Shown: in pieces, positions 54,388-64,000 of the stretch
Layout: each line of letters begins with the position of its first letter
How positions within the stretch are numbered: the first letter of the stretch is position 1
DNA from: Lama glama
Lineage: Eukaryota
Assembly (NCBI GenBank): GCA_028534125.1
Contig: CM052816.1
Location: forward strand, 88,600,001-88,664,000
Direction of reading: 5' to 3'
Length of the DNA: 64,000 nucleotides
The notes under the pieces: generated by a model
Databases searched by the model: none
Seen by the model: the letters and a program-made list of their open reading frames with translations, nothing else
What the model was told of the DNA's origin: nothing
Program-made: the position numbers and the translations under genes

Positions 54388-54870
54388 ATCGATCAAGGTT
54401 GGCATCACTAGTGAAAATCATGTTAATATCATTTACTCTTAATATATTTTAATGAGAAAGACACTTCACTGCTCTAGTATTCTTTACAAAAGACCATAAA
54501 CTCAGTGTAACCATGACAAAATACCAGAAAGACACAGGTTAAGAGATACTCTACAAAATAGCTGAGTAGAGCTTTTCAAAACTGTCCAGATCATGGAAAC
54601 CATGGAAGACTGTCGCAGATCATAGGAAAACAAGGAGACATGATACTGAATAATATGTGGTACCCTGAACAGAATCCTGGAAAGAAAAATGGAAATTAGT
54701 GGAAAAAACTGCAGAAATTCAAATATTGTCTGTAGTTTACTTAAGAATTCTGTAGCAATGTTAATTTCTTATTGAAAAATTTAAAATGGTTATATAATTA
54801 GGAAAAGCTGAGTGCACGGTGTATGGGCACTCTGTATTATCTGCATGTTTTCTGTGCATCTAAAATTACT
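54388..54870 (+). mobile_element. L1MC-type 3' UTR
   Basis: 'gatcaaggttggcatcactagtg...ctctacaaaatagctga...aaaactgtccagatcatgg...gtggtaccctgaacagaatcctggaa'. Confidence 0.75.
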
Positions 54871-57506
54871 TTGGAGTATAATGATTATGTATCTATACAA
54901 TGACATATCTAAAACTTATTATTTTATTTTAAGAAGAATGCATGGCTTTTCCCTAAATTGTTAATATCCCCAATGACAAATATATTTCTCTTGGTATTTG
55001 TATATTAAAAATTTTATACACATTTTATATTATATTATTAATTTCAGCAAAACCTTTTTACTTGTCAGAATATCTGTCTAATTTCTATTTATGGTTCCCT
55101 TTTTTTATCTCACAGATTTCATATTTTATCTGAGTATTTTCTTACATGTTTTTCTCTCTGATCAAAGTTATTTTTCGAAATATGATCATGTACATGTTGA
55201 ACTTAATTCTTATCCTTAAGCTGCCATACTTTTCTCATTCAACTCTGTTTCCTTTATTTGTCTTTGTATGGTGAGTGTAAAATCAAGACTCAAGTTGCAA
55301 CTTTTCTCTCTTGCATCATATATGAGGGCAGGGTGACTTCTGAGGTCCTAATATTCAACTTTGCATAGTAGTGGTCAGCCCTTCTGAACTTGAACTCTCT
55401 TTTCTCACTGCAAGTTTCCCTGACTAATACCTATACTACACATCTGTGCTGCAAGCTTGACCATGTTGACCTTCTCCTTGTCCTAGAACTAATCCTGTGT
55501 TATTTCCTGCACATATGGAGATAGATTAATTTCCATAATAAGGTAAATATAGTGAGAAAGTCTCCTGTCACAGGAATTATGAATTTCAAGTTATAGTCTG
55601 ATCTAGAAAGAGATTCGTTTATGGGTGTGGTACATTAACTTCGGGTGACTCAAAAAAATTTCTTCTCAAATTGATGGATATTTTTCTATCTTCTAGTCAA
55701 TGCAACAAATAGGTCTAGAATTTAAGGATAAAGAATACAAGTAAATCAAAAATCTTCAATTTTTGGAAAATATATTTGTTTAGGTTCCACTGAAGTTGCT
55801 TTAGAGCAGAGTAGGTAATGGAAAAAATGTAGTTCAAGAACATAATTCTAATCTTTCTCAGTGATTTTGGATTAAATAAAATCTCTTCCTTTTTGCAATA
55901 ACCAGTTCCTAGATCTTAGTATATTATTCTCTCTCCTCTATAAATTAAAAGACATAGGCCACATTCCATATTTTTGTTGAATCTTCATAAGCAATTAAAG
56001 GAAAACTTTTAGTAGATTTTTCAGGCAGTGTATGCCTGAAATGCTCTAAATGCTCAAGCTCATAAAACTACATTTTGTATCTTAATAGATTTGTTACCAT
56101 TAAATGTTTACTTTTTTATCAGATGACATTAGCTATATTATATTCATAATGAAAGAAACATTTTCCTGTATATATCATTTTTTTTAATCAAAAGGGGTTA
56201 ACATGCTAATAAACTGTATTTAGCAAAATTTAGCTGGCAAATAAATAAAGTATGGCTAAGACTTCTTCCTGAAAATTTCAGAGAAATTGCACTACCTTGA
56301 ATTTACAAAGAGGTCCTGTGTCAATTTTCCTTTCCCATTTGATATGATTAACTTAAAAAATATATTAAGAGTTTGTTGCCAAAGACAGCTGGCTCTTAGG
56401 GTGATTAGTAAGAAAATGTCTAATTTAATAATAAAGTAGCCTGCTATAATAAGGGGACAAGCTGTTCTATAAACTATGATAATTTGTTTAGTGAAAATTG
56501 TACTTAAACTTGGAGAAATAAATGGACTGTAAAGGACAGACGTAAAACTACAAGCTGCTTCCCAACCCTTTAACAACAGCATACTTTATCAAAATATAAA
56601 CATGCATGAGTCAAAGTTTGTATTAAAAACTGTTAACTATTATAACTTCTTTCCTTCTAGGATACTTGTTCTACATTTCTCATACATTCACAATATATAT
56701 TTTCTTAAATATCTTTAAATTATTGTTGATTTTCTCCTTAACAAGCACACATAAATATAACTATAATTGTGTGAAACAGGTCTCACAGTACCATACTGAA
56801 GATAAAGTAAAATTAGTGAATAGCCCAGTTATAATCTTCTAATTCAGACCAAGTCCACAGAACTTGACAGTTTCAGGTTAATTGCTGCTAGAAAAATATC
56901 CCTGTTAGATAATACAGAGTGAGTTTTACCCTAATCCTAGCCTTTATTGTTGGGTTCTGCACAAAATCTAATTTGCTTTATTATAAAATAGTTTCACTGT
57001 TTTAACATATTTTGAATTCCAAAAATCCTCTATATAATGATCATATGTTAAAGAGCTCAATTGTTAGTACATTCCCTTTAAAAGGAGTCATTGCCAAGTA
57101 TAATTAACATGTATATGGAGGTTTCAGGTTTCAATGACACTCTGAGGAGATATGCTGGGTACAGTCGTAAAGAAAAATACAGATCCTGCCATAAGAGTTC
57201 ATTAAATATACGTATTTCCACTTCCTAATGCTCTCACTAAAACAAGTATATTCCAACAGAAGTATACTGCTCCAATTTTGGAAGAATGTCCCTGTCCCTG
57301 TTGCAATATAAATTGAAGCAACTTGATTTTCACCTCAATACACAGCTGTGTCATATATACTGAGTACTGGGGGAGAGAGCTGGTATGGATGGGCCCAATG
57401 GGCCTGTGGCCCAAACTGGGTTATATGAATAAGGGCATAGGGAGGCAGTAAGACGAGAGTTAGGGAGGAGATCAAGAAGGCCCTCAGGGAATACCAAGGC
57501 CTGGTG

Positions 57507-57821
57507 TTACCTCAGTGGAGGAGGGCCCACATCCCTTCTGAAGGCCTGTGTTCTGGAATAAGGACATAGAAAACCGGAAATAGGGAATTTCATCCAATTT
57601 CTTTGTCTCTGGCACAGCAGGCCCAACTGTAAAATGCTACTGTAATGTAGAGACCCATTGAAGGGCCAATTTCCCCATCTCCCAGCCACTACTGGGCCAG
57701 GCTGTATTACACGTGAAGATAGGATGTTTTGGGGTTGGAGGTGACACTTGAAAAACATCCAGTTCTGCAGGACGCACCCTAAGCAGCTATCCTTCAGTAC
57801 CATAGATGTTTGGTTCCCCAT
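57507..57821 (-). pseudogene. Gammaretrovirus-like (class I ERV) gag matrix relic
   Basis: MGNQTS..KDSCLGCVLQNW...WPFNGSLHYSSILQLGLLCQRQRNW resembles MGN...DSPLGCILKNW...WPxNGSLxYNTILQLDLFCxRxGKW; Pro-rich remnant continues to ~57330. Confidence 0.85.
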
Positions 57822-58429
57822 AACTTAGATGTTCTGTTTCAGATTTGTTTCCAATTACCGAAGAGGGGTGGTTGGAGTGATTTGTTGGCACGCAAATTCC
57901 ACAAGATTTGGCCCAAATAAGATTTCTGGTTCAGAAAATTTCAAACCAGCACCAAATTGTTAATGGATTCCTCAAAAGACCAAAGAAAATAAGGTATCCA
58001 AATGGCGTGGACTCTGAAGGTTTCAGAGTTACTATTTTTTTTTAATAAATGAATAATAAATTAGTAGTAGTAGTAGCAGTATTTTTAAAGCCAGGGTTTA
58101 TTTCTATTGAAATGTGCTCAAGAGACTAAAATGTCCAAAGCCCCAAGGATTTCCAGGTTTAAGATATTATTACAGTCAAGTGTTGACTGGGGGTCTGCTT
58201 TGAATTTGTAAGGGTCTGTACCTCCTATATCAGAATGACCCACAGAAGGTCAGACAAGACTGCCTCTGGGCCAGAGCAGCTTAGCCTGGTTAGTTCCTGA
58301 CCAGCGTGGTCTGTTAAGGGCTGGCACAGCTGTCTGAGTGGGGCGGGGCAGGGGTGTGGTCTTCTCTTTTCCCCTTTTAGCCAAAAAGGAGGAGTTCTCT
58401 GACTTCCAACAGGTGAGAGGGAAAAATAG

Positions 58430-59710
58430 GAGGGGTGCCGCTTGGGTACTCACCGTATCGCCGGGCAGCTGGGCTGGCATCCTCTGCTGATGCCGGCGGG
58501 AGTGCCCATGGAACCTCCGTCGTAAAGAACCACCCGAGGTTCATCTCACAAGCAGAAGTGGAGGAGAAGTCCCAAGGAGGTGTCTCCTGCCCGCAGCAGC
58601 AGCTCACAGTTCTTCCTGGTTATGGGGCTCCTGGCCATGCAGATGTCTCCCAGGGCTCCCCAGCCCACTTCAGAGAAATTGGTGCTGACTGGAAGAGGTG
58701 AAGTCTACCCACACTGGACCCTTTCACCCTCAGCATCCCAAGTGCCTTTTCCTTAACTTGGACTGAGCATCTTCATTTCGTTTGTTTTAACAAGCGGCCC
58801 TCAGGAACTTAGCCTCCTCCAGCCTTGCCTCTGGGCTTCCGGGACTGCCGGCTTTCTTAAGCAAACCGGAAGTGACGAAGGAGAATCTACTGCTCACCCC
58901 GAGGTGGGGGAGGCGGCCAGGAATCCCTGGTGTGTCCACTGCTGCCTCCTACAGGAGTGGAGGACAGCATTCCTTGCAACACAGGGGGCCAGCTCCCTCC
59001 CGTCCACAGGTGCCCATCGTCCCTGCCTGCTCCTTTCTCGGGAAGGACAGCCAGAGGCAGCGGGCAGCCTATGAGTCTCAGTCTCTCATACCCAGTGACA
59101 TCACAGCGTCATTCCCCTAGAGGGGACACAGTCCTGATGACTCTGGGGGATAGCTGTGTGTGCATCACACCTGGGCATTGGGTTGTTGGGCAGAGTTGCT
59201 CTGAATTAGGCTGAAGGCTGTCGTTCTTCCCTGTCAGAGTGTCCTCAAGTATCAGAGTCCGTCATCCTCCTCACCCCAACCTCCCAAAGCCTCCTGCCAG
59301 AGCCAGAGCCAGCAGAAGTTTGTTAGGAACCCTTTTGAGTCAGGCCCCAAAAGGGTCCTCCTGCCCGGAGTCACGGCAATAAAACAAGATTGAGTCTGAT
59401 TCTGGAAAGGCGCCAGCTGGGGCTCCACAATATTCCACACTCTACCCAGGAAGGCGATGGGCGGGGCTGCTTTATACGGGTCTCCGGTGGGGGCGGGTGG
59501 GGAGAGGAGGGGACTGAGTTCTCGCGGGGCTTGCGCAGCCGCGCCGGGCGCAGCGTCTAGGCGCTCGGCCTGCAGTCGCCATCTTGCGTTGCGGTGAAGC
59601 GCGCTTCTGCCTGGAGGCTGGAGCGGAGAGGTCCGGCGCCGCCGTTTCACACCAGGAAGTCTGGTCAAGGCCTCAGCCCCAGGCACCCTGTGAGTACGTG
59701 AAACTGCCCT
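58430..59710. promoter_or_regulatory. GC-rich promoter-like region with CpG-island core (59455-59700)
   Basis: Dense CpGs in an AT-rich window; GC boxes (59459, 59489), YY1 CGCCATCTTG (59577-59586), ETS CCGGAAGTG (58866), minus-strand TATAAA (59471-76), splice donors on both strands. Confidence 0.75.
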
Positions 59711-60176
59711 GAGCACAGAGGGAAGAAAAAAAAAGGGTTAGACTTTATTTCCCAGATTCTATTTTTAGTTCCTGTTAATTGTTAATGGGCTTTGCAGGTG
59801 ACGCCGCATTTTGTTTTGTTTTGTTTTTAAGTATATAGAGCAACAAAAATACACTTAAGAGATAGCCAATGTTTTCTCTTCATGAACTGTTTCCTTTCAG
59901 AATCTATGCACCTTAAGGCAGATAAAGTATTAATGCGAACTTTGGTAAATACAATTATTCATGAAGGGAGGGATAGAGAATGGAAAACTATTTTAGCTAC
60001 CTCGAGTTTGTATCCAAAATAATCCAACTGAAAATCAGTGAACCTTTTCACTGAAAAACACGGACTACAGTAACAATAAATGAGTCAGACCAGTTATTAA
60101 GTATATTTTCTAACTCATTAGTTCTCAATAAAGTGGTTTTCAGCATTCCTAAAGAAAACGCATGTTCCACGGGGAT

Positions 60177-60640
60177 TGCAGTAGACTGAATGATGGATTC
60201 CCGAAGATGTCCGTGTCCAAATCCCTGGACCCTGTGAATATATGAATTGATATGATAAAAGGGACCTGGCAGGTATTATTGAGTTAAGGATTTTGAGATG
60301 AGAGATTATTCTGTATTATCCTGGGGCCGGGGCGGGGGGGGGGTGCTGATGTAATCACAAGGATCTTATAAGAGACAGGCTGAAAATAAGAAAGGGAAAG
60401 AAAAAAAAAAAAAACTGGCCACAGAGGCTGGAGTGGAGTATGAGCCAAGGAACTAGGCAACCTCTAAAAGCTGAAAAAGGCAAGACAATGGATTACTCCC
60501 TACACCTCCAAAAGGAATCTAGCTCCCACCAGCATTCTAATTTTTGAATTCAGACCTCCAGAATTGTAAGAGAATAGCTTTGTGTTGTTTTAAGCCACTA
60601 GGTTTGTGGTTTGTAATAACAGCAATAAGAAAGCAGTACA
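60177..60640 (+). mobile_element. MaLR solo LTR (MLT1D-like)
   Basis: 'cgaagatgtccgtgtccaaatccctggaccctgtgaatat...gagttaaggattttgagatg...tgttttaagccactaggtttgtgg...acagcaataagaaagcagtaca'. Confidence 0.88.
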
Positions 60641-60899
60641 AGGACAGAGATTATATTTGACTTGCTGCCTGTGGTTTTCCCAGCTGCAAAAACATTGCTT
60701 GGAGTATGGTAGAAGCCAGTATATATTTAGTGAATGAATGATTTTGTGAATGAGTAGTTCTCATAATTAACTAACTAAATGGTCATTGTAAGGCATGGAG
60801 TAGAGACTAGTATATGAGCAAAGGTCTATGTTTCCCAAACCTCTGCCAGGAGGAAGCAGGGTATAAATGCTTCAATCTTACTCAATCACTCTATTCGAG

Positions 60900-63740
60900 C
60901 TCTCAAAATTAAGTGGCTCCAATAAGGTAAACACTTGTTTCTCAATCCTGAATATCAAGAGAAGGGAAGGTTATCTGAAGCACTAGACGTCTCTGTTCCA
61001 CAAGGTCATCCAGTATTCAGATTCCTTTCTTTCATACTCTGACATTGCCTAGTGAGAGACTTGATTCATCTGAAGTTTTCTTCATTTTCATATCTGATAA
61101 TTGATCTAGACTTGTCTGAGAACTTGGCTAAGGCTTTTGAAAACAGCAATACATGTGGCTGAAACTTCCTTACAGCATAATGGCTGGATTCCTAAATTGA
61201 ACATCCAGAAACAGAAAGAAGCCAGTTGGAAGCAAGTTCTCTCTCTTTTTTTTTTTTTAATGAACTGGGATCAGAATTCATATTCCATCACTTTTACCAT
61301 ACTCCCTTGGTCGGAATAATCACAAGTCTCAACACAGAATCACAAGGTAAGGACATAGAACCTAGCAAATATGGGGGATGGCAAATTATAAGAAGACCAT
61401 GAGGAATGGGATTCATATCTTGTGCTGTTTATAAAAGGTACAATCTAACATATAAAAGATATAATCTAACAAGTTCAACAGAAGGGGGAGAAGAGAATTT
61501 GAAAAGCAAGCAACTTTTTTTTTCCCCATAGTTGTGATGTGGAAGTTGCATACATCACTTCTGTGCATATCCCTTTGACTAAAAATTTAGTAAAATTTCC
61601 ACTCCTCAGTGACACATGCCAATTAGCACTCTAATGGAGGGATAGTTATTACTAAAGGGAGGCATAGGTTGCAGTCTGTATCAAATTTGCCACCCAAGTA
61701 TCTATGCATGTCTTTTTTTCCTAAATGCATAACCCCTGATGTAAGGAAAACAACCTATAGTCCTATTCATTACATCCAGATCAGATACTAGGGTATTTGG
61801 GTGTAGCCCTCACCATAAAATAAATTGTCTAACTACCATTCACGCCAACCATATAACTTGCTTAGAGTAAGAATATTAAAATTATAATAAAATCCCCCAT
61901 TTAGAAAAGGAAAGAATGACCAGGCAGTTACTGGTCAGAGCAATACTATTTTGCTAGAAAAGAATCACAGAGACTCTGTCTTATAACTAGAGTTAAGTTT
62001 CTTGCTTAGAACTCATTTCTGCTTATTGGAAAAAATTTCCTAATGCTCTGTCCTTTGTGGCCCCTTGCTTTCCCTTTGAAAAATGTTTTCTTGTATATTC
62101 TCTCTGGCCACATCTGCATGGATATTAAACAGATTGCTTTTCTCAGGAGCACAGCAGTTTTTATTGCCTGCTTCTGCTCCCACTGATTTGGTAGCTAGAG
62201 AATTTTTGAAGGCTAAACACGTGATTTTCTTAGTAAAACAATTCCTTAAAAAAAACTCAGTGAGCTTCTGGTACAGTTGTCTCCAGCTATTTCCATGTAC
62301 TTGAAACCACGCCCAAGGCTCTTTTGTGGAAATAATTATTTAACCTGCTCTTATGCGCTGGCTTTCTTGTTCAGCTAGTGAGTGTCATTTGCTATCATTT
62401 TAATGACAGCTCTATTGAAGACATAAAAGCCTGTGAAACAGTAGGCTTGTTTGGAGAGCAACAGCCTTAATCTGATCATTGGCACAGATCATCTGTAGAT
62501 GCATTTGTTGTGCTCAGAATTCTTAATGGGCACTGTTTAGAAAGACTTTCAGCAGCAGGGTTATCCCCTGCTGTTAGGATGATAAAACAATTGGCTTTTC
62601 CAACCGTATCAGATCCCTCTTTTCTGAACTCCTTCTCTTCCTTTCAATCTATGCTTGAAAATTGTCTAGTTCTTGCTTGAGCTCATTCATTCTTGAAATA
62701 AGCTAGCTAAATGTAGCAATCAACATCTAACACATGGTAACATTCTGGCTCTTTCCAACAGCTTCTCTTAGAACTTCAGACTCCTTACTTAGGCAATCGC
62801 TGTGCTCTTCCATTTGCCAGAGGTGACATATTAAATAAATGCACTACCTCCACCCTAACTGCAATGTCAGTTCCCACAGTTTTTTAGGTTTTTGAGGCAG
62901 GCAGCAAGCCTTCCAAAACACAATTCTTTGTTGGCTAGAGTAAAAGGTAAGTTGCAAAAGAAATAAACCTCACCATTTCTGTGTCTGAACACAAATGTGT
63001 GCCCCCTTTACATCATGGGTCCAGGAATTCTATGCTCCATGAAGTCCAGGTACCCAACAAATTGAATTTGTTATCCACACCACATAGTTACAAATGTTCT
63101 GGTCATCACCATTTCCATTTGGGAGCAAGAAGAATGAGTCATGGGCAGTTGTATTTAAGAAGATGTATTTGATGTGGTGCCCAGTTAGTAAGAACGTAGG
63201 CCCTTGGCGTACCAAGCCACAAGGGAGGCTGAGAAGTGCAGTGTCATGCTTGATGGCCGTGAACCTAAACCATGAACATAAACGACCTGAATGAGAGCCA
63301 GTAGGCTGCTAGTGGTGTAAATTTTGTATTTAATATTTGCTACTGAGCTATCACATTATCTGAGAACATTTAATAGGAGGTTCTTGGAAAGGGCACTAAA
63401 TAATTGTTTCTTTTGTTATTCATAATATAGGAACAGTTGATTTTTCCAACATTATAAGACCTCAAATTACTGAAAACTTAGGCAATTTAGATTACAGACT
63501 ATAGACAGAGCTTTTGTTAACAGAGCAATATTTCTTTCCATCTCTGCAAACTATTTCCAAACAATATTATAATCCTTTTATACACTTTTACTAGAGGAAC
63601 TGAGGAGCATCCAAAACACACCAATAGTATATATTAAAGGCACTTTCCCTAAAGCTATATGTTTTTGCCAAATGGCCTACTTATCAAATGTTTTTACAAT
63701 GACAGAAAATGCTCAGTGTCTTTCTAGCCTGCAGTATCTC
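60900..63740 (-). mobile_element. Old MaLR LTR fragments and MaLR internal sequence, antisense
   Basis: 'catcacttttaccatactcccttggtc...aatcacaag', 'catcacttctgtgcatatccctttgact', 'aaatcccccatttagaaaaggaaagaat' are typical of antisense MLT1/MLT1-int; boundaries approximate. Confidence 0.55.
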
Positions 63741-64000
63741 CCATACTGGGAGTGGCCAGATAATACAACTCTGTCCAACAAAAAGTAAGTAGAAATCTCC
63801 TAGTTTTGCTTTTTGATGAAAACAGCTTGACTCACAAAACCATTTTGTCCCATTCATAGCTTTTCCACCCGGAATAAAGTCGTGATCTAATGGGTAAAAA
63901 CCAGCCTCATGGCAATCATTAGGCAGTGTGGGTGAGGATGAAAGTCAACCTGCTGAGAATCAAAGAGTGGAAAGACAGAAACAGGGCCCAAGATATGATC

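Noticed and set aside
59252..59716. 154-aa minus ORF and other ORFs across 58250-59716
   Set aside because: GC-rich, stop-poor sequence giving low-complexity Arg/Pro/Ala translations with no recognisable protein
62981..63294. Cluster of short overlapping ORFs
   Set aside because: No recognisable similarity; embedded among MaLR fragments
1..64000. CRISPR arrays, operons or other prokaryote-type systems
   Set aside because: Sequence is mammalian repeat-rich DNA; no regularly spaced repeat-spacer structure or gene clusters seen

Overview
AT-rich, repeat-dense mammalian genomic DNA. It is most likely camelid, inferred from a tRNA-Ala-derived Vic-1-type SINE and artiodactyl-type L1 3' ends. I find no supportable cellular protein-coding gene. 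The ORFs I can recognise are retroelement relics: L1 ORF1 (8516-9403, minus strand), ERV-L pol (~15560-16700), ERV1 gag and RNase H (44706, ~47950-48450) and a gammaretrovirus-like gag matrix region (57507-57821, minus strand). Two 500-N gaps each abut an L1. The most notable non-routine items are: (1) an orphan CpG island/promoter at ~58.4-59.7 kb with divergent splice donors and possible LTR ancestry; (2) a decayed ERV1 provirus at 43.0-48.7 kb holding three nested solo LTRs and a SINE, one LTR being MER41-like with an intact GAS motif; (3) a CpG-retaining, motif-dense candidate conserved enhancer near 32 kb; and (4) a diverged ~105-bp direct duplication at 50.6/52.1 kb. Repeat subfamily names are by-eye recognition and need RepeatMasker/Dfam confirmation. 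I see no convincing novel multi-gene system.
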